NCBI GenBank assembly: GCA_009773185.1
Contig: WPIF01000017.1
Span: 1 to 60,745 of the forward strand
Length of the DNA stretch: 60,745 bases
Direction of reading: 5' to 3'
Source: Nitrospirota bacterium
GTDB taxonomy: Bacteria; Nitrospirota; Thermodesulfovibrionia; Thermodesulfovibrionales; UBA1546
Shown here: piece after piece, positions 53,178-60,745 of the stretch
How positions within the stretch are numbered: position 1 is the stretch's first letter
Layout: the number at the start of each line of letters is the position of its first letter
Translations under genes and position numbers: made by a program
The notes under the pieces: generated by a model
What the model was told of the DNA's origin: nothing
Seen by the model: only the letters and a program-made list of their open reading frames with translations
The model's database searches: none

Positions 53178-53797
53178 AAAGATTTGTTTTTGCAATCAGC
53201 GGTGCAAGCGGGCCGATTATAGGGATACGAATTCTAAGGGAATTGCTCAAGACCTCTCAGGTTCATCTGATTATATCATCGCAATCATTCTCTATTATAA
53301 AGGAAGAGACAGGGATAGACTGGACAATTAAAAAAGGGTCAAGGGGTCAAAGGGGCAAAGGGTCAAAGTTGACAGAAGATAAGATTAGAAAACATTTTAA
53401 AACAGACAGGCTTTTCTTTCATGAGGATACAGATATGTATGCACCTATTGCCAGTGGTTCATTCAAGACCGATGGAATGCTTGTTGTGCCATGTTCGATG
53501 AAAACGCTTTCCGGCATTGCCAATGGTTATGCGAACAATCTTGTTGAAAGGGCTGCTGATGTAACGATAAAAGAGGGAAGGGCGTTGCTTCTTTCTCCGA
53601 GAGAGATGCCTTTCAGCGCAATTCATCTTGAAAACATGCTCAAGCTTGCCATGATAGGAGTTAAGATTGCGCCTCCAGTGCCTGCGTTTTATCACAAACC
53701 TAGAAATATAGATGACATAGTTGATTTTATGGCGGGAAAGATTCTTGATGCTATGGGCATTGAGCATGAGATTTTTAAGAGATGGGGAGGCAAATGA
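53174..53797 (+). CDS. ubiX: flavin prenyltransferase UbiX
   Basis: 'MKRFVFAISGASGPIIGIRIL' and 'GSFKTDGMLVVPCSMKTLSGIANG'. About 18-aa G-rich insert (KKGSRGQRGKGSK). Confidence 0.8.
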   Translation: MKRFVFAISGASGPIIGIRILRELLKTSQVHLIISSQSFSIIKEETGIDWTIKKGSRGQRGKGSKLTEDKIRKHFKTDRLFFHEDTDMYAPIASGSFKTDGMLVVPCSMKTLSGIANGYANNLVERAADVTIKEGRALLLSPREMPFSAIHLENMLKLAMIGVKIAPPVPAFYHKPRNIDDIVDFMAGKILDAMGIEHEIFKRWGGK

Positions 53798-55266
53798 TTT
53801 TCAGGAGCTGGGGGATGAAAAGATTGGGAATGCTTGTTATATTTTTATTATCATCTTTAACTGTGGGATGTGCAGGACATTATAACGTCCCTATGGTAGA
53901 TGTTACTGCAACCCCGCCTGACCTTGTCCAAAAAATACCATTGAATGTAGCAATTCTTATAACCGACCAGATGGAAAATTATACGTTCACTGGACAAGCA
54001 AACGAATCATCTATTTATGGGACATATACTTTCCCCTTTGGACAGATGATCAGGAAGAATATTTTTGATATTTTATCTCCTGCTTTTAATAAGGCAGTTA
54101 TAGTGAAAGGCAAGCCGTATCCGCAAGACATTGATGTTATTATCGTCGCAAAAGTTGAAAAATTCCAACACTGGTATGTCGGTGCAGGCGCTTTCACAGC
54201 AACGGTTGTTGCAAAAATATCCATTAAACTTGCTGTTTATGATATGAAAGCAGCGCTCGTATGGGAAGGAATAATAAGTTCACCTAAAGTGGAAAAAATA
54301 TACTCCGCACCTGTCACGGGTGATTTTTTGGGAGCGACTGGAAGCGTAGCCGCAGAATCAGTAGTTGCTGCCTTGCAAGAGGCCGCCAAAGTTATAACTT
54401 CTTCACGTGAGATTCATGCTTTTGTTTCTGCAAAAGGAATATCCGAAACTATAGCTTCAAAGCCATCCGGAAAGGAATTGCCCATTGTCAAATCCGATGT
54501 TGATAAGCCTTTTTTTGGTGTAACCGATAAAATAATGGGAGATAATGACATGGCAGTTGTCATAGGTGTTGAGAAATATCAGGATTTGCCTGCTTCAGAT
54601 TATTCTTCCAGCGATGCAAAGCTTATGAAGGAGTATCTTGTATCGTTGGGCGTCAAGGAAAGGAATATAGAACTTCTCCTGAATGAAAGGGCAACGCAGT
54701 CAAGCATAAAGAAAACTGTAGAAACATGGCTTCCAAACAGGGTCAAGAGCGACAGTAAAGTAGTAATCTATTATTCCGGCCATGGAGCGCCTGATGCAAA
54801 AACAGGAAACGCCTACATTGTTCCCTTTGATGGTGACCCCAATTATCTTGAGGATACAGGCTATCCATTGAAAAGGCTTTACGATAAACTCGGCAAGCTT
54901 CAGGTTGCGGAAGTGATTGTTCTCCTTGATTCCTGTTTTTCAGGCGCAGGCGGAAGGAGTGTGCTTGCAAAGGGCGCGAGGCCGCTGGTGATGATGGTGG
55001 ATACCGGGGTTTTATCATCAAACATGGCGGTACTCTCGGCAACGCAGGGGACGCAGATTTCTACTTCTTCTCCTGAAAAAGGGCATGGGGTTTTCACATA
55101 TTATTTTCTTAAGGCGTTAAAAGACGGCAAGAAAGATATTGCAGAGATATACAGTTACATTAAACCATTGGTTGAAGACGAGGCAAAACAAATCAATGTT
55201 CAGCAAAGCCCGAGCGTAAGCCCTGATGTTGAGAAATTGAAAGGAAGATTTGGGTTAAGAAAATGA
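53794..55266 (+). CDS. lipoprotein with C-terminal caspase-like domain
   Basis: Lipobox LTVGC. 'IYYSGHG' / 'DSCFSGAGG'. C-terminal 'QQSPSVSPDVEKLKGRFGLRK'. GGGGAGG RBS. Confidence 0.7.
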   Translation: MIFRSWGMKRLGMLVIFLLSSLTVGCAGHYNVPMVDVTATPPDLVQKIPLNVAILITDQMENYTFTGQANESSIYGTYTFPFGQMIRKNIFDILSPAFNKAVIVKGKPYPQDIDVIIVAKVEKFQHWYVGAGAFTATVVAKISIKLAVYDMKAALVWEGIISSPKVEKIYSAPVTGDFLGATGSVAAESVVAALQEAAKVITSSREIHAFVSAKGISETIASKPSGKELPIVKSDVDKPFFGVTDKIMGDNDMAVVIGVEKYQDLPASDYSSSDAKLMKEYLVSLGVKERNIELLLNERATQSSIKKTVETWLPNRVKSDSKVVIYYSGHGAPDAKTGNAYIVPFDGDPNYLEDTGYPLKRLYDKLGKLQVAEVIVLLDSCFSGAGGRSVLAKGARPLVMMVDTGVLSSNMAVLSATQGTQISTSSPEKGHGVFTYYFLKALKDGKKDIAEIYSYIKPLVEDEAKQINVQQSPSVSPDVEKLKGRFGLRK

Positions 55267-55405
55267 GACTACACAAAAGTGTAAAGCACTACACTAGTGA
55301 GTTTTTAGACAGGCCCTGTGTTCCTCCCTATAGACTGGGGAGAAAAGCTAAAATTATTTCGTTTATGATAGAATTGCTATAATATGTGAGAAAAAGGAGA
55401 GTAGC

Positions 55406-55594
55406 ATGGAAAAAGTCATGGTAAGCACAGATGAATATAATGGCCGTTATGTTGCAATGAAGAGCTTTGATGACCATACCATTGTCGGCGTTGGCAATGA
55501 CCCTGAATCAGCTTTAAAAGATGCAAAATCAAAGGGATACAAAGAGCCTGTTCTTTTGTATATCCCTGAAAAAGAATTAGTTCATATCTACTGA
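55406..55594 (+). CDS. small DUF5678-like protein
   Basis: 62 aa. 'YNGRYVAMKSFDDHTIVGVGNDPESALKDAKSKGYKEPVLLYIP' matches the DUF5678 pattern recalled from memory. Abuts the aspartyl-protease gene. Confidence 0.4.
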   Translation: MEKVMVSTDEYNGRYVAMKSFDDHTIVGVGNDPESALKDAKSKGYKEPVLLYIPEKELVHIY

Positions 55595-56001
55595 TGCCAA
55601 TACGCAATTTCCCTTTTTCAACAATACGAAAAGGCGACCTGCCGAGACCGTATCTCCCTGTTACGATACTAAACCCTGATACAAATAAAAAACTGAAAGT
55701 CTTTGCCCTGATAGACACAGGCGCGGACGAGTGCGCATTCCCTGCTTCTTTTGCGCCAATTCTTGGACACAATCTGCAGGCAGGTCAGCAGAAGAGTATA
55801 AGCACCGGCAATGGGATAACCATTGCCTATAGCCATAAAACCCGCATTGAAATAGCGGGATTTGCAACTCAGGATGTGCTGATAGATTTTATGCCTAACC
55901 TCAATATTCCTTTGCTTGGGGTCAGAAGCTTTTTGAACAATTTTGTTTTGACTGTTGATTATCCGAAGAAGGTATTTTCTTTAAAGCTTTCGAACAAGTA
56001 A
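55594..56001 (+). CDS. retropepsin-like (clan AA) aspartyl protease
   Basis: 135 aa. 'VFALIDTGADECAF' carries the D-T-G-A catalytic motif. Confidence 0.6.
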   Translation: MPIRNFPFSTIRKGDLPRPYLPVTILNPDTNKKLKVFALIDTGADECAFPASFAPILGHNLQAGQQKSISTGNGITIAYSHKTRIEIAGFATQDVLIDFMPNLNIPLLGVRSFLNNFVLTVDYPKKVFSLKLSNK

Positions 56002-56106
56002 CTTTTTAAATAAGTTTTGCAGGAGGTGGGGGATGAAAAGGATATTAAATAAATATGGGATGTGTCCCTCTATATTCTCATTGAGGAATTTCCTGCAGGA
56101 GAAAGC

Positions 56107-58407
56107 ATGAAACGGGGATTATTAATCATAACGCTCTTTTTCTCCCTATGGTCGTTGGCAGGGTGCGCGACAGCGGTCATGCCCAACGTCGTTAGGTATT
56201 GCGAAAAAAATACGTGCGATACAATCAAAGAGGAAAGTCCAAAACAGGAAATCCTTGTAAAAATGTACAAGCTCATCAAGAAAAATCTTGGTAAGAGCTT
56301 TCCGATATATGAGACCTCGCCCGGCAAGATATTGAATGTCTCCGAAAAAGATTCCTACTTAGACAAGGGTTTTTCGTTTTACACCCAGGGCGGGCCTATG
56401 CCCGGAGTCTCAACGATTAAATCCATAAAATTTAACGATATCCTTTACATTGACCGCGAAAATATGGAAATCAAGCTTAATGTTTCCATGCGCTTTAATT
56501 GGAATCTCACGCCTGTCTTAGTTGTTCCGGCGGAGGGGATATTGTCGATAAAGTCAGCCAGGGAGGTCAGACTTGAGAGTACGCATTTGGCCTCATGGAT
56601 GGTGGTTGGGACAGGTATTTGGCATAGTGAATGGCTTATAGACTATATTGATTTTGATCGGATGATTATAGCCGGATCTTATGCAATGAGTGGGGCGGGT
56701 CCCTTATCTATCGGCGGCGGCAGCGGTTACATCCAGGTTACCATGGGCCGGATAGTGCCTGACGATGTTGAAGCTACTGAGGTTGACGAGGGTACTGTTC
56801 CAGAGGAAAAAGATAAGAAGCCGGCTGCCGTCCTTCCGCCATTTCTGGCGTTCAATGCAGTTTTCCACGACAGCTCGGGCGACGGCATCCTTGAGGGTGG
56901 CAAGGAGGTTTCTCTGCGGGTGGAGGTGGAAAACCGCGGGGAAGGACCGGCAAATGATGTTCAGGTTCTCCTTTCCGGGCATGATGACATTATCAGCTAT
57001 CTGGGAGAAAAACGTACTCTCGGAGATATCAAGGCGGGAGAAAAGAGAACAGCCGAATTTAAAGCAACGCTGCCCTTGCAGATCGCGGCGGATGCCGGGA
57101 ACCTCCGAATAAATGTTCAGGAAAAGCGGGGATTCTCTCCTGCCGAGGCAAAGGTTTTAAAAATTGCAGTCAAGCCGGGTACCGTCAGGGAAAAAGTGGA
57201 GGTAATATCTGCAGTTCCTAAAATGATTTTTTTTGCCTCGCTGAAGGATCAGAATAACAATCGTGTATTGGACGGCGGCGAGGAAATATCGCTTCAAGTA
57301 GAAATTGAAAACAAAGGCGAAGGACTCGCCAGGGATGTGCATGTTGTTTTGTCGGGACATCCTACCCTCATCCATACCCTCGGCGCTTCCAAGTCAATCG
57401 GCGACCTGCAAACTGGAGAAAAAAAGGTGGCTGTTTTTAAAGGTATCCTGCCTGAACATATCGCATCGGAATCTGCCACACTTCGTATTGAAATCAGGGA
57501 AGGCAGGGGTTTTTCACCCACGGAGCGCAGAGTCCTTCAGGTGGCAATGAGAACTGCCGAGGTAAAGGAAGTCATTGAAGTGGTTTCCGAAGTGGATGTG
57601 GATGATATTCCCTCAAGAATAAGAGGTTTTGAAAAGAAAGAGGATTTTGCTCTGCTGTTTGGTATCAGCACCTATCGGGAAAAAAGCATTCCCGAAGTGA
57701 AATACGCGTCCAGGGATGCGGAAGTCATGGCGAAATATCTTGAGCATTTATCCGGAATTCCCCGATCCAATATTATGGTGTTGACGAATGACAAGGTTAC
57801 AAAGAGTGATCTGGAGGCGTACATAGAGGATTGGCTGCCTCGGAGGGTCACGAAGAATTCCAGGGTTTTTGTTTATTATGCTGGCCATGGTGCGCCTGAT
57901 CCGCAAGGCAAGGATGCCTATATTGTTCCCTTTGACGGGAATCCGGATTTTCCATCCAAGCTGTATCCATTGAACCGCATGTACGATACACTGAACAAGC
58001 TTCCCAACAGGGAAATTGTTGTCATGCTTGACAGCTGTTTTTCAGGGGCTAAAGGTAGAAGTGTAGCCAGTGAAGGGGCAAGACCGCTCGTGATGTCGGT
58101 TGAGAGTCAATCTCTGGCAGTGGGAAAAGTGACTGTTGTTGCGGCTTCAACAGGCAGCCAGATCAGTTCCGATTATGACAAAGTTCGTCACGGTTTATTT
58201 ACGTATTATCTTCTGCGGGGGCTCAGAGGGGATGCGGACATTGAAAAACAAGGTGTTGTCGATCTGGGATCGCTATACCAGTATGTCAGTACCAAGGTAT
58301 CGGAGAAAGCCTCTCTGGAGTTTAACCGTGATCAGACTCCCGTTCTCCTTCAGTCGGCAGCGCTGGCCGCAGAGAGAACGAAAATGCCAGTAGCAAGGAC
58401 ACGTTGA
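56107..58407 (+). CDS. lipoprotein with CARDB-like repeats and C-terminal caspase-like domain
   Basis: Lipobox SLAGC. Two repeats of '...LEGG(K/E)E(V/I)SL(R/Q)VE(V/I)EN(R/K)GEG(P/L)A(N/R)DV(Q/H)V(L/V)LSGH...'. 'VYYAGHG' / 'DSCFSGAKG'. Confidence 0.7.
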   Translation: MKRGLLIITLFFSLWSLAGCATAVMPNVVRYCEKNTCDTIKEESPKQEILVKMYKLIKKNLGKSFPIYETSPGKILNVSEKDSYLDKGFSFYTQGGPMPGVSTIKSIKFNDILYIDRENMEIKLNVSMRFNWNLTPVLVVPAEGILSIKSAREVRLESTHLASWMVVGTGIWHSEWLIDYIDFDRMIIAGSYAMSGAGPLSIGGGSGYIQVTMGRIVPDDVEATEVDEGTVPEEKDKKPAAVLPPFLAFNAVFHDSSGDGILEGGKEVSLRVEVENRGEGPANDVQVLLSGHDDIISYLGEKRTLGDIKAGEKRTAEFKATLPLQIAADAGNLRINVQEKRGFSPAEAKVLKIAVKPGTVREKVEVISAVPKMIFFASLKDQNNNRVLDGGEEISLQVEIENKGEGLARDVHVVLSGHPTLIHTLGASKSIGDLQTGEKKVAVFKGILPEHIASESATLRIEIREGRGFSPTERRVLQVAMRTAEVKEVIEVVSEVDVDDIPSRIRGFEKKEDFALLFGISTYREKSIPEVKYASRDAEVMAKYLEHLSGIPRSNIMVLTNDKVTKSDLEAYIEDWLPRRVTKNSRVFVYYAGHGAPDPQGKDAYIVPFDGNPDFPSKLYPLNRMYDTLNKLPNREIVVMLDSCFSGAKGRSVASEGARPLVMSVESQSLAVGKVTVVAASTGSQISSDYDKVRHGLFTYYLLRGLRGDADIEKQGVVDLGSLYQYVSTKVSEKASLEFNRDQTPVLLQSAALAAERTKMPVARTR

Positions 58408-58424
58408 TGAAGAGATAGCATAGT

Positions 58425-58469
58425 CCTGACGTTGAGAAGCTGAAAGGAAGGTTTAGTTTAAGGAAATGA
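58425..58469 (+). pseudogene. 45-nt relic of a caspase-paralog C-terminus ([14 protein letters not shown])
   Basis: In frame it reads [14 protein letters not shown]-stop. This is near-identical at nucleotide level to the 3' ends of the 41938 and 53794 genes. The glgB ATG overlaps its stop. Confidence 0.5.
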
Positions 58470-60667
58470 CACTTAAAGAGCACATAAAACTTATTACCAG
58501 GGCAGAACATTGGGACCCCTTTTTGGTTTTGGGGATGCATGAAATTGAATCCGGCAAAAAGAAGACAATTGCTGTGCGTGCTTTTTTGCCGGATTCAGAT
58601 GAAGCATGGGTCGTTGATGTCAGCGACAATAAGGCTTATAAGATGGAAAAGACCAACAAGGCAGGTTTTTTTGAAAAGAACTTTGATGACAGAAAAGAAT
58701 TATTCAGATATAAGCTGAGGCTAAAGGCATCCAATGAGCACATATTTGAATTTCACGACCCTTATTCATTCTGGCCTGTGCTTTCCGACTTTGACCTTTA
58801 TCTTATCGGCGAGGGGAGCCATTACAAGAAATATGAAAAGCTCGGCAGCCATGTCACGGAGATTAACGGGATAAAGGGTGTTCATTTTGCTGTCTGGGCT
58901 CCTAATGCAAAAAGGGTAAGCATTGTAGGCGATTTCAATAACTGGGACGGCAGGAGGCATCAAATGCGTGTGCTGGGCTCGTCAGGCATATGGGAGTTAT
59001 TTATCCCCGGGCTTGATGAAGGGAAGATTTATAAATTTGAGATAAAGGCCCAGTCCGGCGATATTCTTCTGAAGGCAGACCCCTATGCTTTTTATTTTGA
59101 GGTCAGGCCCAAGAGCGCCTCTATTGTCTATAACATAAATAAATATCAATGGAAAGACGATGAATGGCTTGATATGCGTTCCAAAAAGAACTGGAACGAG
59201 TCACCGGTTTCGGTTTATGAGGTGCATCTGAGTTCATGGATGCGCATGCCTGAAGAGGAGAACCGTTTTCTTACATATAAGGAGCTGGCTGAAAAATTGA
59301 TCCCTTATGTAAAGGAAATGGGCTATACGCACATAGAACTTCTTCCTGTAACAGAACATCCCCTTGATGCATCATGGGGATATCAGACAATCGGATACTT
59401 TGCTCCGACAAACAGATACGGGACCCCTGCTGATTTCATGTATTTTGTGGATAAGTGCCATCAGGACAATATCGGTATTATTCTTGACTGGGTGCCTGCG
59501 CATTTTCCGAGGGATGCTCATGGGCTTGGGTATTTTGACGGCACAGCATTATATGAACATGCAGACCCGAGGAAGGGTGAACATAAGGACTGGGGCACGC
59601 TTATTTTTAATTATGGAAGAAATGAGGTAAGAAATTTCTTAATCTCAAATGCGCTTTTCTGGCTGGAAAAATATCATCTTGACGGCTTAAGGGTTGACGC
59701 TGTGGCCTCAATGATATATCTTGATTATTCAAGAGAAGAGGGTGAATGGATTCCGAATGTTTTCGGAGGCAGGGAAAACCTTGAGGCAATTGATTTTCTT
59801 AAAAAATTCAATGAGATTGTCCATCAACAGCACGCCGGCGTTCTTACTATTGCAGAAGAATCAACAGCATGGCCGGGCGTATCAAAGCCGGTATATCTCG
59901 GAGGCCTTGGTTTCAGCCTCAAATGGAATATGGGATGGATGCATGACGTGCTCGAATATTTTTCGAAAGAGCCTGTCCATAGAAAATATCATCATAACAA
60001 TCTGACATTCAGCCTCCTTTATGCCTTTACGGAAAATTTTATGCTCGTGCTTTCACATGATGAAGTTGTGCACGGCAAGAGTTCCATGCTTGGCAAGATG
60101 CCGGGCGACATGTGGCAGAAATTCGCTAACATGAGGCTTTTATACGGTTTTATGTATGGGCATCCCGGCAAGAAACTTCTTTTTATGGGAGATGAGATAG
60201 GACAGTGGGATGAATGGAAACATGAACACAGTATTGACTGGCACCTGCTCCAGTACGAGCCGCATCAGAAGCTCAGGAGATTTGTTACAGACCTGAACAG
60301 AATTTATAAATCAGAGCCGTCATTGTTTGAGGTTGACTTTAATTATTTGGGTTTTGAGTGGATAGATTTTCGCGATACAGAGCAGAGCATAATAGCATTC
60401 CTGAGAAAAGCAAAAAAGACTGACGATTTTCTTGTGTTTGTGTGCAATTTTACACCTATCCCGAGATATGACTACAGGATAGGTGTGCCGGGGCCGGGCT
60501 TTTACAAGGAAGTTTTAAACAGCGATTCTTCAGAATACTGGGGCAGCAATATCGGAAACTCAGGCGGTGTCGTAGCAGAGGCGGTGCAATGGCACGGAAG
60601 GCCGTATTCGATAAACATAACATTGCCGCCATTGGCAGTTGTGGTGTTTAAGCCAGTTGCCTCATAA
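58466..60667 (+). CDS. glgB: 1,4-alpha-glucan branching enzyme GlgB
   Basis: 733 aa. CBM48-like N-region, GH13 core 'DWVPAHFP', '[12 protein letters not shown]', '[11 protein letters not shown]' and 'SHDEVVHGK'. Confidence 0.9.
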   Translation: MTLKEHIKLITRAEHWDPFLVLGMHEIESGKKKTIAVRAFLPDSDEAWVVDVSDNKAYKMEKTNKAGFFEKNFDDRKELFRYKLRLKASNEHIFEFHDPYSFWPVLSDFDLYLIGEGSHYKKYEKLGSHVTEINGIKGVHFAVWAPNAKRVSIVGDFNNWDGRRHQMRVLGSSGIWELFIPGLDEGKIYKFEIKAQSGDILLKADPYAFYFEVRPKSASIVYNINKYQWKDDEWLDMRSKKNWNESPVSVYEVHLSSWMRMPEEENRFLTYKELAEKLIPYVKEMGYTHIELLPVTEHPLDASWGYQTIGYFAPTNRYGTPADFMYFVDKCHQDNIGIILDWVPAHFPRDAHGLGYFDGTALYEHADPRKGEHKDWGTLIFNYGRNEVRNFLISNALFWLEKYHLDGLRVDAVASMIYLDYSREEGEWIPNVFGGRENLEAIDFLKKFNEIVHQQHAGVLTIAEESTAWPGVSKPVYLGGLGFSLKWNMGWMHDVLEYFSKEPVHRKYHHNNLTFSLLYAFTENFMLVLSHDEVVHGKSSMLGKMPGDMWQKFANMRLLYGFMYGHPGKKLLFMGDEIGQWDEWKHEHSIDWHLLQYEPHQKLRRFVTDLNRIYKSEPSLFEVDFNYLGFEWIDFRDTEQSIIAFLRKAKKTDDFLVFVCNFTPIPRYDYRIGVPGPGFYKEVLNSDSSEYWGSNIGNSGGVVAEAVQWHGRPYSINITLPPLAVVVFKPVAS

Positions 60668-60745
60668 TAAAATGTTACCGAAGGCTCGTTGACTCAACGT
60701 GTTTTTTATAATACAGAGAGAAGATTTTTTTCAGCTTCTCTTCCA

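Overview
This 60.7-kb window is from a bacterial chromosome of roughly 45% GC, with dense, mostly co-directional genes and frequent 4-nt start/stop overlaps. I cannot assign a taxon; the gene content suggests an anaerobe. There are no rRNA genes or CRISPR arrays, and one tRNA, tRNA-Pro(CGG).

Main content, in order:
- Two type II toxin-antitoxin pairs (HicAB, Phd/ParE) flank an operon that begins with a near-consensus sigma70 promoter. Its first gene is an unusual HTH plus PTS-EIIA-like fusion. Six subunits follow that are homologous to E. coli hydrogenase-4 / formate hydrogenlyase (HyfB, C, E, F, G, I). The 'large subunit' has lost all four [NiFe]-ligating cysteines and no HycF/HyfH-like ferredoxin subunit is present, so this is an Ehr-type, hydrogenase-related complex that is probably not a hydrogenase.
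- An rRNA methyltransferase, a flotillin, MgtC, MntP and a DUF948/YtxH pair.
- A hydrogenase-maturation cluster, hypA-hypB-hypF-hypD ... hypE, with no hypC. It is split between hypD and hypE by a ~4-kb AT-rich insert of three to four minus-strand genes (metallophosphoesterase, membrane pentapeptide-repeat protein, membrane hypothetical).
- A patatin lipoprotein, then a ~1.7-kb islet bounded by an exact 23-bp duplication of the tRNA-Pro 3' end. It carries a DUF6516/HTH pair and an unknown 266-aa protein but no integrase.
- An FmdB zinc ribbon, a sugar-phosphate isomerase, a secreted Cys-rich protein with two C-x-CGPDC-x-C modules, a MidA-like methyltransferase, hisH, folK, an LL-DAP-type aminotransferase and a TPR/acidic-repeat/cNMP-binding protein.
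- A sigma54 two-component system (histidine kinase plus NtrC-type regulator) with a candidate -24/-12 promoter in front of a small secreted K/A-rich protein.
- The most striking region, ~40.3-58.5 kb: an array of six paralogous lipoprotein caspase-like (peptidase C14) proteins, three with N-terminal ankyrin repeats and one with CARDB-like repeats. Interleaved are a MNT nucleotidyltransferase, a UPF0175/DUF3368-PIN pair, a DUF4384 secreted protein and a DUF5678/retropepsin-like pair. A housekeeping block (nnr, pgeF, tsaE, nadK, udg, ubiX) sits in the middle. A 45-nt fossil of a caspase C-terminus lies directly upstream of glgB.

Across the window there are multiple copies of a ~110-150-bp MITE-like element with GGCAGG/CCTGCC termini, plus several small palindromic or G-rich elements inserted in frame into housekeeping genes (hypF, nnr, udg, ubiX, midA).
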